Shown one piece after another: positions 38,001 to 49,999 of a DNA stretch of 64,000 nucleotides. Each line of letters begins with the position of its first letter. Within the stretch, counting starts at the first letter, position 1. Source of the DNA: Penicillus capitatus (taxonomy: Eukaryota; Plantae; Chlorophyta); the NCBI GenBank assembly GCA_965649825.1, contig OZ287700.1, positions 620,001 to 684,000 on the forward strand. Reading direction: 5' to 3'. Position numbers and translations under genes: made by a program. The notes under the pieces are model-generated. The model had not been told where the DNA came from, made no database searches, and saw only the letters and a list, made by a program, of their open reading frames with translations.

Positions 38001-41000
38001 AAAGCATCGGACATACACTTGACTGGTCTGTCTCTCAGCGAAAACAACGCGTCTCAGAATGGAGGGGCCATCGCCGCTCACAGTTCCACCCTTGAGGGAT
38101 CTGATCTCGCCGTTGAAAACAACGTTGCAGAAGAGAGTGGTGGAGGCTTTTACCTGGCAGAGAATAGTAACATGGTAACGAAAGAGATTACGTTTACTGG
38201 AAACAAGGCACGAAATGGTGGAGCTGCTAAAATGTCCTCTGGAGAGGCTCACGTCAGCAGTTGCATTTTCCAAGAAAATGAAGCCAGCTCACAAGGTGGC
38301 GCCTTCTTCGCAAAGGAATCAATCGTCCACGCCACAGACTCCATCGTCGAAGACAATGCAGCATTCAGTGGCGCTGGATTGTATCTCACACGGGCGGAAA
38401 CGGAGTTGAGAAACACTTCTCTGTTGAAGAACAAGGCAACCGAAGATGGTGGTGCCCTCTATTTAGTGGACAGCAGCTTGGACGCTTCGGATCTGAAAGT
38501 GATGGAGAACGAAGCAAACAGAGCAGCAGGATTGCTCATCGCTAGAACGACATCGACGATTCTGTCCAGGTCGACGCTGAGCCAGAATCGGGCAAAGACG
38601 ACTGGAGGCGCATGCCACATCGCAACCAGCAAAGTTGAATGCACTGAATTGACAGTGAGCCAGAACGCTGCCGCAGAGGGTGGTGCATTCTATGCCGAAA
38701 CATCGGACCTGAACTTGACTGGTCTGTCTCTCAGCGGAAACCATGCGTCTCGAAATGGAGGCGCCATCGCCGCTCGCCGCTGTACCCTCGAAGGAACTGA
38801 TCTCAAAGTTGAAGACAACGTCGCAGAAGTCAGTGGAGGAGGAGTCCTAGTGAGATTCGGAGAACGCACTTCGTTGAAGTCGTCGTACTTCCTCAGAAAC
38901 AGGGCGGAGGTGTCCGGAGGGGCTCTCCTGGTAAACTCGTCCTCTGTGGACTTCCAAGGACTGATCGTCGAAGGAAACTCCGCCAAGTCCGGCGGCGGCA
39001 TCTCTCTGGAGCGATCGAGCTCCTCGATCCAGAACACGAGCTTCGGCGGCAACAGCGCGGTCGAGGGAGGAGGAGCAGTGTGGGCTCTGAGCTCCACTCT
39101 CTCCTTCTCGGGCGTCGACGTGAGGAACAACGAAGCAACCGAAGGTGCCGGATTGCACATCTCGATGTGCGATGCCGTGACGCTCACCGAGACGGCATTC
39201 AAAGGAAACGAGGCAAAGAAGAGCGGCGGAGCCGTCTACTCACTCTCGAGTGGCCAAGTCTCCGCCATCGGCGTGCTGGCAGAGTCCAATCGCGCCTCCT
39301 TCGGATCCGGATTCTTCGTGCGACTGGCAGATCGACTTCGCCTGACCGACTCTCGTTTCTCGACGAACGAGGCCGACAACAGCGGAGGCGCTCTGTACGT
39401 GGTGCACACTCGGAAAGCTGAATTGGATGGAAACCAGATCTCTCAGAACAAGGCCACCTACGGCGCTGGATGCTACATCGAGGAGACGGAGTGCAAGCTG
39501 AGCCGAACTGTTTTCCAGGAGAATGCCGCCGTCAAGCACGGTGGTGCCATCAACACCATGAACGTCCAGAGATTCGATGGCGAATCCCTCGAGCTGATCG
39601 AGAACCGTGCGAAGTTCGGCGGCGGTCTCTACATCCAGGAATCTGCAGTGAACTTGTCCCAGTGCACGTTCACGAAGAATGCAGCAGATGACACCGGAGG
39701 AGCAGTCGAAGCGACGATGGACTCGTCGCTCTCCGTTGAGAATGCCGTTTTCGACAAAAATACTGCAGAGTCAGGCGGAGGACTGTCCCAAAGTGCAAGC
39801 CAGAGTCTCTTAAAGAACGTCACTTTCTCTGCAAACACCTGCCAGAAAAGCGGCGGCGGTCTGTTTGGTCTTCAATCATCCGTGATACAAGGAGAACATC
39901 TCGTTTTCCAGTACAACGAAGCTATGAACGGAGGAGGTCTGTTCATTCAAGAATCAACAGCAGTGGTGAAGCAGAGCTCCTTTGTCAACAACGAGGTGAA
40001 GGATGATGGAGCAGGAGTGTGTGCTGTGTCGAGCAAGCTAAACGGTTCTGATCTTGTACTTGATGGCAACGAAGCCTTGAGTGGAGCTGGACTCACCCTT
40101 CGCAGCAATGCCTCTTCTCATCTCGTTGGCGTCACATTCACGAACAACAAAGCCTCGCACAATGGCGGAGCTGCGTTAATGACGGAGAAATCCATTCTCG
40201 ATGGACGAGAACTCACCATCAAAAACAACATGGGTGGTATGGGTGGAGCTCTAACAGCCACTTTTGAAAGCAAAGTGAATATCGAAGACTCCATTCTGGA
40301 GAGTAACATCGGCAACACGGCTGGTGGAGCGTTGGCTTTACATGCGAGTGCATCGACTGCCACACGAGTAGCATTTATCGACAATCGAGCTCCAATCGGC
40401 GGCGGCGCATACTGTCGAGAAGGAAACTTGGAACTCTCTAACGCAGATATCTCATCCAATCGCGCTGCTTCGAATGGCGCAGCTGTCTATCTGAGCGTGA
40501 AGAGTAAAATGGTGGCAGAGAAATCAGTGTTCTTGAACAACAGAGCACGACAAGGAGGAGTCGTCATGACAATCGGCAGCGAAGCACATCTTAAGAGTTG
40601 CTCCTTGAAAAGCAACGAAGGCTATTCGAAGGGAGGGGCCATCTATGCCGAAAGATCTGCCGTCTCTGCAAGTGACTCCATCGTCGAAAACTGTACAGCT
40701 TTAAACGGTGCTGGATTGTATCTCACACGGGCGGAAACGGAGTTGAGAAACACTTCTCTGTTGAAGAACAAGGCAACCGAAGATGGTGGTGCCCTCTATT
40801 TAGTGGACAGCAGCTTGGACGCTTCGGATCTGAAAGTGATGGAGAACGAAGCAAACAGAGCAGCAGGATTGCTCATCGCTAGAACGACATCGACGATTCT
40901 GTCCAGGTCGACGCTGAGCCAGAATCGGGCAAAGACGACTGGAGGCGCATGCCACATCGCAACCAGCAAAGTTGAATGCACTGAATTGACAGTGAGCCAG

Positions 41001-44000
41001 AACGCTGCCGCAGAGGGTGGTGCATTCTATGCCGAAACATCGGACCTGAACTTGACTGGTCTGTCTCTCAGCGGAAACCATGCGTCTCGAAATGGAGGCG
41101 CCATCGCCGCTCGCCGCTGTACCCTCGAAGGAACTGATCTCAAAGTTGAAGACAACGTCGCAGAAGTCAGTGGAGGAGGAGTCCTAGTGAGATTCGGAGA
41201 ACGCACTTCGTTGAAGTCGTCGTACTTCCTCAGAAACAGGGCGGAGGTGTCCGGAGGGGCTCTCCTGGTAAACTCGTCCTCTGTGGACTTCCAAGGACTG
41301 ATCGTCGAAGGAAACTCCGCCAAGTCCGGCGGCGGCATCTCTCTGGAGCGATCGAGCTCCTCGATCCAGAACACGAGCTTCGGCGGCAACAGCGCGGTCG
41401 AGGGAGGAGGAGCAGTGTGGGCTCTGAGCTCCACTCTCTCCTTCTCGGGCGTCGACGTGAGGAACAACGAAGCAACCGAAGGTGCCGGATTGCACATCTC
41501 GATGTGCGATGCCGTGACGCTCACCGAGACGGCATTCAAAGGAAACGAGGCAAAGAAGAGCGGCGGAGCCGTCTACTCACTCTCGAGTGGCCAAGTCTCC
41601 GCCATCGGCGTGCTGGCAGAGTCCAATCGCGCCTCCTTCGGATCCGGATTCTTCGTGCGACTGGCAGATCGACTTCGCCTGACCGACTCTCGTTTCTCGA
41701 CGAACGAGGCCGACAACAGCGGAGGCGCTCTGTACGTGGTGCACACTCGGAAAGCTGAATTGGATGGAAACCAGATCTCTCAGAACAAGGCCACCTACGG
41801 CGCTGGATGCTACATCGAGGAGACGGAGTGCAAGCTGAGCCGAACTGTCTTCCAGGAGAATTCCGCCGTCAAGCACGGTGGTGCCATCAACACCATGAAC
41901 GTCCAGAGATTCGATGGCGAATCCCTCGAGCTGATCGAGAACCGTGCGAAGTTCGGCGGCGGTCTCTACATCCAGGAATCTGCAGTGAACCTGTCCCAGT
42001 GCACGTTCACGAAGAATGCAGCAAATGACACCGGAGGAGCTATCAACAGTATCATGAGCTCCGAAATCACCTGTGACCAGTCGGACTTCAAACAAAACCA
42101 TGCGACATTTGGCGGAGCTGTTTATGCATCAGAGAATGAAATCTTATTCAACAACTGCAGCTTCATTGAAAATTTCGTCAGTTACGACGGAGGTGCACTG
42201 GCAGCAACAGCCGAATGCGTCGTCTCATGTCAGAACTCGCATTTCATTCGAAACCGCGCCAAAAATGGCGGAGCTATCAGGCTCCAGTACAACAGCGATA
42301 TGGCACTGAGAGAAACTCAACTGTCCGAAAACAAGGCAGAAGAAGCAGGAGGCGCACTGCATGTCTCTCTGGCAAAGCATCTGCAACTCTCGGATGTGAA
42401 GTTCACCGACAACGAAGCACAACTCCATGGAGGCGGCTGTCATCTCGAAGACGTATCAAATGCCATCCTCCTTCGCAGCAAACTCATCAGTAACAAAGCA
42501 ACTCGTGGCGCTGCACTTGTTGCTATGTCTCACTCCACAATTGAAGTATCCGATTCAGTGTTCGAGACAAATGTCGCCTCGACCGAAGGGGGAGGTGTGC
42601 GGCTGATCGACTCGCATTTCACCGGTCACGGCAGTCGTTTTAGCGAAAACAGTGCGGGATCTGGAGCAGCTATCTTCGCAAAGGGAGCATCCAGTTTGAG
42701 ATTACAGTCCTTGATAGTGGAAAGGAATACGGCCCAACATCGCGGAGGTGGTATCGCCATCGATGCCGAAAAGAAGACGGCCTATTTTGAACTGGAAGAC
42801 TCGACCTTCACAAAGAACCGAGCAGAGTTCGGCGGTAAGCCATACATTCATTCAAACAAACGTGTTCACGTGCACCGCAGGAGCATTGTATTACGTGAGA
42901 GACAATCAGCAAGCGACAGAATGCACGAACGCATTCGAAGACATCTGTCAAGGAATGAACATCTGGAACACGGAGTTCTTGCACAACGAAGCTGATTTCT
43001 CTGGAGCCATCGCTTTGCTCAGCGACCCTTTCGGATTCCGTTTTTCGTGTGCTGCACGATCTTCATCAGCCTCCATGCAGAGTCTCGATCCTTTGTTGCA
43101 GGGAGCCGCAGCCGATGAGCAAACAATCTGTCTTAACTGGAAGAACAATGGCGTTCTCGAAAACGATCTCAGAATTGAAGAATTTGGAAGTTATGCACGC
43201 GATGTCAATGTCAAGGTGAACGAGACGCACATCCCTAACTATCCGTCTGTGAACAACGGCAAACATCTCGTTCAGTTGGACAACGTCTTGAGTGGTTTAT
43301 CACTTCCCCGTATGGATCTGAAGTCCGTCGACGCCTTTGGCAATGAACTGGAGCCGTCCACAGAAGGCGACTTTTGGGCCAAACTGGTGGCCCCTGAAGG
43401 ATTCTTTAAGCATGGCACTGAGATTGGTATTCAGTTGATCGATGGAAAAGAGATGTTCGCAGACGTTGTTTGCGTTGCTGAGCCTGGAAACTATACGCTG
43501 GAGCTCCTCTACGGCAACTCGGTGGTGAATGGAAGCATCCCGATCGTCACGCACGTCGCCGGTTGTCCAGCAGGAACACTGACGAGTAACGATCAAGGCT
43601 GCGTGTGTCGCCACGGTGAGGTGTTCAAGAACGGAGTATGCGTGGCATGCCCAAAAGGCTCAATATGCAATTCCCAGTTTGCCACACCTGTCAATGGCAG
43701 ATGGCACAAATCCCCTTGCCATGACCAAACGCAACGTTGCCTGATCGACGAGGCTTGTCAGCCAAATGCGAAGCCGCAAGCTTTGAAGGCCTTCGTTGAT
43801 GAAATGGAGACGTGTGAACTCAACGAAGAGCAGCTCGACGCGTACGAAAATCTCATGTGTGCTGAAGTGCGTCTGCAGGTTTCTGTTTTTCCACCTGACG
43901 GTTGCTTGGCTAGGAATACGAATCGACTCTCTGTGGAAGATGCCGAGACGGCTATGGACCATCGAGCAAGTGGAAATGCGAGAAGTGCATGGATCTTCTT

Positions 44001-45457
44001 TGGAATATTGTCCTCTTTCTGGTGATGGTGTCGTGGCTGGGGTTTCTGTCCTACGTCCAAATCGCACGTCATCGTCCTGTGTGCAAAAGACTCGCGATGG
44101 ACAGAGATGCATCTCCTCTTGCCTCCAGAGTCAGAAATGATAATCAATCTCCGTTGCTCTCAAGAGACATGAGCACCGACGACAATACAGAGGCGGGAAC
44201 AGGCGCCTCGACCAGCGCCGACGGCCAGCGTGCAAGAATCGACAGTGTACCGGAGGACAGAGAAGTCCAACATCCACTGCCGCAGATTTATGTGAGCACG
44301 ACGTCCTTTTCAAATATCGAACGCACGATAGAGATAGAGACAAATAAGCTTGCAGAACTCTTAAAGGCAAGAAGCCCCTTTTCGAGATGCAGCGCGTTGA
44401 GATACGAATGCTGTAGATCTTGATGAACTACCTCCAGGTTTCGACTGTTCTTTCTTCTTTGAATATCAACTGGATGTCAAGCACTAGGAGAGCCTTAGAA
44501 TTCGGAGGTACGTCCAACTGGCACCTGTATCTCGATTCAGTGGTCTCTGCAGGGAGTCTTGGCGGCGTAGCAACTTTGGTAGCAAGCTTCGTCAGCGATT
44601 GCACCATATCGCGTTACTGGTCATTGAATAAACCTCTTCTTCGTCTGATCTTAGGTCTCTGCATGCCCGTCTTTGTGTGTTTCTGCGTCATTGTGTGCGC
44701 GATCGTGTGGAATGCGCACTCGGGAAATGCCTTTCGCTCGTTCCCGCAGTTCGTTTTGTTGACCCTTTCTGTGGTATCTTACATCTCTTACCTTGGCATC
44801 ACCAAACTTGCCGTGACGATGTTCTACTGCATAAGTGTGTCTGACTCAGTCGATTCTGCGTCAAGTGACAAATCTAAGGTATTAGCAGACGACACCTCTC
44901 TTGAATGTTACACAGGGGCACACTGGATTTTGATAGGCATTGCCCTTGCAGTTCTCGTTTTTTTCTGTGTGGGTTTCCCTTTATTCAGTTTGTTGAGAAT
45001 CAAGCGTAGAGTACGACGAGGTAGCCTCAGGGCCGCGACTGTCGGCCATTCCCTCGGCTACATGTTTTGGCCGTTCCGTAGAAGATACTACTTCTGGGAA
45101 ACTCTGGTTTTCGCGCGAAAGGCCCTTTTGGCCGGAATCTGTGTCTTCTCCTATTCCTTCAGTGGAAATCAGCAGCAGGCAATTGCTGTGGTGATCTTGA
45201 CCTTTTTCTTGTATATACAAGTGGCCTTCTCTCCCTATGGCCACGAATTCTCAACGTTCAATGCGTATGAAGCTTCTTCACTGTTTCTCTCGACTGTCAC
45301 CGTTTCACTGGGCATGGTATTTGACGATGACGATGTAACAGATCATGTCAGATTTTTTGTGGCTTTGGTATTGGGCGGATTGAATATTCTCTTCTTCATC
45401 GGTTTCCTCGCCCCCATCTTCCGCAGTCTCAGGGCAATTCGTTCAGCGACAGCCTGA
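35088..45457 (+). CDS. Giant secreted parallel beta-helix (pectin-lyase-fold/Pmp-like) repeat protein with Cys-rich linker and C-terminal multi-TM domain (~3,300 aa)
   Basis: Signal-peptide-like start at 35088, then a 6.7-kb exon with dozens of FxxNxAxxGG(A/G) repeats. Cys-rich region CVCRHGEVFKNGVCVACPKGSIC follows, then TM region LK|ILMNYLQV, LECYTGAHW, LGYMFWPFRRRYYFWE, PYGHE..NAYEASSL. About 7 introns are inferred. Confidence 0.85.
38373..39703 (+). repeat. Copy 1 of a 1,331-bp in-frame direct repeat
   Basis: By eye identical to 40710-42040 (offset 2,337 bp = 779 codons) except at 39512, 39525, 39654 and 39687. Confidence 0.95.
40710..42040 (+). repeat. Copy 2 of the 1,331-bp in-frame direct repeat
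   Basis: Partner of 38373-39703. The ORF track shows identical antisense ORFs offset by 2,337 bp. Confidence 0.95.
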
Positions 45458-46443
45458 GGAGGAGAAAATTGCCCCGGGACTGCTATCCACCCGTCTTTTT
45501 GACTTTAGGCATCTATCTGTCTCAAGTATTGTGTTAAGCTGTGTACCCCTTCTTAAGTATTACCTTAGGCCTTACCTTTGTGGAAACTCATTATGTTCAA
45601 AAGTGGGAAGCACTTCTAAAAGGATGGAGTGTTTTAAAGAACTGACTTTATGTCCCCCTTCGTCTGGTTTATGAAAAATGTGATGGATGGGGTTGGATGC
45701 ACAGTCAAGGACTGTGCCAGTCTCTAGTGTAGCGGGAAGCTTTTCATCATTGTCGGACGGATGTTATACTAGTCAATCGTTCTGGATATTCCAAACAATA
45801 GCAATCCTAGCAGAAATGGATATTCGAGGAAGACTCGGATCGAACTCTTTGAGAAGGATTTCCTGGATCTCGATTTTATTCGTTACTTGTCTCGGAAATC
45901 AACATCGAATAAGAAAGAAGTCGTGATCAGGGATCCAGGAACGTAACACTTACCATCAATGAAACAGTGTCGCCGAAAGGCTTAGATACGATTAATCAAC
46001 AAGCCATGAATGCATTTGTCTCTGTACCGAATGCGAAGAACGACGTGCGCGTAAGACTCGGTGGATTCGCCAACCTAACATCGTTTCCTTTCAACTCTCA
46101 CTTATCACACAAAGACTGAAAGGTAATATTGCGGATCGTTGTACAGAACGCTCGAAGTATTGAACGAAGGGGCAAATGTAACAGGCCTCCATCAAATGAA
46201 AATCTACATCCCACCACTTGCTACGGAACCACGATGCAAAAAAACTGCTAAGTCAAGAATACATCACAAGATCATATGTCTTGCATCACGTCGAAGGATA
46301 GATGATCTGACAACATCTGGATCTTGTTCTTCAACATGAATGTCACAATGCTGCGTCCGATAGAAAAAGCCATCACTTCCGTCACTACACACGAGCGTAT
46401 GAATCCAAAAATGTGCTGAAACCCATCATCGAAGCTGATGATA

Positions 46444-47403
46444 CTAGTATTCTGAAAAAAGAGAAAACTCGTCGTTGGAATCTTCCCACCAGACGGTAGT
46501 GTTCTCAAAGTCGCTGGAGAAAAAATCGAAGAAGTCTTCATCTGTGTCTTCTTCGGACGAAGACGCATCAACATTGAGATCTGCATCTGCGGCGGCTGGT
46601 ACCGTTGCGACAACTTTTCTCGACGGAAGGAAATTGTCATAGAATGTCTTCTCTGGAGCTCCACGCGTTTCTGGTTTCGCCGTCCGGCTTCGAAACTTGA
46701 CAAGTGCAAACGCCAACGGAGTATCTGCCAGGCGCTCTCTTTCTTCATGTGTAAGATGTCGCAAGATTCTGTGTCCGACAAGCTCGAACACAGTGCGGCA
46801 TTTCACACGCAATGCATCAAACTCCGCAGGGCCGCCTTCGTGATCCGTACAGAATCTGGCAGCCGTCTGAAAGTCCACCTTGCACTCTTGCACGATGTGC
46901 TCTGCCCGTCCAATGAATGCATAGCGTTGCAGTACGTCGTCGATCGTTTCGCCGAGTTTTCTCGGATTCTCGACGTAATCGCGCAGAATCCATTTCTCAT
47001 AAACGGTCTGGCGCTCAGGCCATGGACGTGGCAACATGTTCTTGACCTCTGTCCTTCTTTTTTCTTGGCGCGCTGCAATGTCTGTCAAAATCATGTCTTC
47101 GGAAAGCTTCATGGGGTACTTGTCTCTCAGCTTTCCTAAGAAATCGACTTCTGCCTCCAGGTAAAGAAACACGACGACATTTCCAGCATCTGTGTTGACC
47201 AACGTCGTGGAGTTCAGAAAGCGCAAATCTCCCTTGGAACATCCATACTTGTACCGCGCCGCATGGGTGCTGACTCCTCGGTAGATTCCGCAGTGAGAAG
47301 GGAACTGCCAACAGCATCGCGCACAGCAGATGGTTGGCCGGATGGCGAAAACGCGCCCACCTTCGATTTTTTCTCCGCAGCGTACGCACAGACCATCGAA
47401 CAT
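46444..47403 (-). CDS. Intronless protein with XPA-type zinc finger and XPA-C-like domain
   Basis: First ATG at 47403 (MFDGL). C-x2-C-x17-C-x2-C (CVRC...CARC), then STHAARYKYGCSKGDL and VFLYLEAEV, resembling XPA TKTEAKQEYLLKDCDL / MKLYLKLQI. Acidic C-terminal tail. Confidence 0.62.
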   Translation of the reverse strand: MFDGLCVRCGEKIEGGRVFAIRPTICCARCCWQFPSHCGIYRGVSTHAARYKYGCSKGDLRFLNSTTLVNTDAGNVVVFLYLEAEVDFLGKLRDKYPMKLSEDMILTDIAARQEKRRTEVKNMLPRPWPERQTVYEKWILRDYVENPRKLGETIDDVLQRYAFIGRAEHIVQECKVDFQTAARFCTDHEGGPAEFDALRVKCRTVFELVGHRILRHLTHEERERLADTPLAFALVKFRSRTAKPETRGAPEKTFYDNFLPSRKVVATVPAAADADLNVDASSSEEDTDEDFFDFFSSDFENTTVWWEDSNDEFSLFSEY

Positions 47404-47516
47404 GCCGAAAGCGTTGAAGAGGGTTTTGAAGCGCGGAGGATGCGAAAAGGCGTAAGATGCCACAAACGTACCTACCGCCGTGTTCAGCACGTTCCGAAAG
47501 TCCACGTCACGTCAAG

Positions 47517-49756
47517 ATGAAAACAATGCGATTGGACGTGCGTGCGATTACTCCACAGAACCGCGTTTCGTCGCCAGTGTGTTGGGAAACGGCAGCACCT
47601 GTCGACTAGTCGAAGACAAACACCAGTATCGCTGTTTAGGAGCCGACGGCAGTAATGCAAATAGAAACAGTTTCGACGATGAAGGATACGTCCTTGTGAA
47701 TTGTGTCAAGGAACTTCGGGAAGCAGGAAGCCCTTTGAAATACGCTGCCCAGAACTGGAAGCCGCCAGCAAAAGTCGTGTAGAGAGACGTTTTCGCCATC
47801 GTTCAGCTTCTGTTTCGGTCATTAACAGATCTATGCATCATTTTCGCGCTGGTACGCATATCGCACCATCCCCGAGGCCGGCGCCAATCGAGACGCGTCA
47901 ACCAATCGAACGAAGCGGCGAAGCGAGAAACGAGTCGTCATCCCAGAGAGTCTATACATTGCCGGAAAGACGGCGATCTCGCGTGTCGTGATGCAACGCA
48001 CCATCAACGACGATTCGGCCAAAAGAAAGAGCCGCCCATACTCCGTAAAGGAATCTTCTTAACCATTTCACATCTCCTAAGCAGATTGCAGACCGGTGCG
48101 TCGTATCTGGCCAAACGCGTCGAAGAAAAGCTAGATCTCTATCGGAGAGATCCAAAAGCTCGACGCGAGTTGGAAGAGAGAGCAGCACGCTTCAAGGTCG
48201 CGTGACGTTTGGTAGCAGATGCCCGCGACGCTGTGAAGTCGTTACTTAGGCAGCCTCGCGTCCGGCGACGGCAACGACTGCCGATTTCAATTACCTCCAG
48301 TTCAACATCGCATCGATTTCCGCTTCGCCGAGCGAATGGCCGAAAGAGGAACTGGAATCGGCCCTCTCTCCTGCGAGGCGGGGGAAACGCAGAACGATGT
48401 CCGCTTCGTGTCCAGGAGCAGGGGGCTCGCCAACTTCTCGGTAGACTTCGAGGAAGCGGTATGGAGGTCATGCTTGATGTAGGAAGGAATACATCGATCT
48501 AAGGAGAGTACGCCTGGACGAGGCCGCGCGTCAGGGCGAGAAAGTCAGAGAAAGAAGAGTCCTACACTTGCGAGACTGGTACGAAGATAAAGTCAACCTT
48601 CGAGATCGAGCTCGAACCCGACGAGAGCTCCTCAAGACGGAAACGATACGCCGTACAGAAACCGAACGTGCTAAGACACGGTGCGTCGCCTAGGCTACGA
48701 TCGATGCTGAATTGTCGGCGAGCGGCAGTGGATGGAGCTGGAGGATCATGCTGGCCCTGTGCACGCGACTCGAAGCCATGCGCGAAAACCTCGTCGAGAA
48801 CCGACAAAAGCGTGCGCTTCAGTTGCGCCGAAAAGAGGCGGCCGTCAGGATTGCTTCGTGGTATAAAGAGATTCTTACGACGCGGCGATATCGATACCTA
48901 GTCGACTCCTGTCGGCGGTTCAAAGCAATATCGACGGCCGCATTCGAACGTTCAAGGATACGAGTCCGACGCAAATGCGCGAGACGCGTCTTGGATTTTA
49001 TGGCGCGCGAGGTGAACGCGTGTCAGATGACAGTAGCAGTTCAGAAACTGAGACAGTGTACGGTTACGATCCAACGCTGCTGGAGATCGCACGTAGCGGC
49101 ACGACAGGCAGAATTCACTCTCTTGATGCTTCAGCTGAACCTTTTTGAGACGCGTCTGCTGAGATACAACAAGCGAAAGGCGACTGGAAACAGAACCTCT
49201 GTTTTTGCAGCGTCTGCTCGACAGACTATACCCCTTCACGAAGAAATGAAGACAGCGCTTTCTCGACCTCTCGGTTGGCCGCGGGCTACAAGGGGGAAAG
49301 ACAGTTTTGAGCATCGCCAACGGAGAGTAAAGATGGAAGACGACGAAGACGAGATAACGCCGCAGCAGATGCTGTTCCTGAACACGCTCACCGTTCGTCT
49401 TCCGCAAGCTATTAAAGATCGTGTAATGCATGCGAGATTAGAGACCAGCCAGCTCAGAATTTGTGTCGCAGGCCGTATCGGATCGCTTGGGCGAAGAGGT
49501 CCGAAGATTTTATCACAAGTGGGACGACTACATCGCTGATTGTAAGATCTACAGGGCGCAGAAACCGATAGACGATGCCAGAATAAGACTGTTGGCATCC
49601 GCGGGTATTTCGGCAGAGACATGCGTTTTTGCGCCGAGGCGTCCGAATCTGCGAGTCCTTCAAAGCCCCAGCAGTCTGGCCACAATGTTGGAGAAAGGGC
49701 TGAGACACCTTATAGAAGAATCATCAAACTCTGATTCAATGCAAAGAAATTTATGA
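47517..49756 (+). CDS. Hypothetical basic coiled-coil protein with IQ-like motifs, ~7 introns
   Basis: A consistent chain of 42-55-bp GT-AG introns (47577-47626, 47774-47828, 48044-48091, 48197-48249, 48441-48482, ...) keeps the frame open. IQ-like segments AAVRIASWYK and VTIQRCWRSH. Confidence 0.68.
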
Positions 49757-49999
49757 CTTCCATGACGAGTAAAAGAACTCAACTTGCGTTGCGAAAGAAT
49801 GGATCTTGTTATTCACATCAGCAGTTCTCGACTATTCTTTGGACAGCTGCGCGACGGCAGACAGCTGTCCTGTGACACAGCTGCTGTGACAGCCCTGATG
49901 TGACAACGTCGCCATCATGCCTGTTGTGAGAATGTGGCGTTTCTTGAACCGTTCATTCTCCTTCCGCACTTTGTCGCCACGACAGTATGAATGTTTTTT

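Noticed and set aside
37695-42101. Numerous 60-190-aa antisense ORFs inside the giant beta-helix exon, and similar ones over Lon, EF-G and the NACHT gene
   Set aside because: Shadow ORFs produced by codon bias on the opposite strand; they duplicate with the repeat and carry no motifs.
47548-47799. Minus-strand ORF as an F-box-like first exon of the XPA-like gene
   Set aside because: It is antisense to well-supported exons of the plus-strand IQ gene, and joining it would need an atypical ~90-bp intron.
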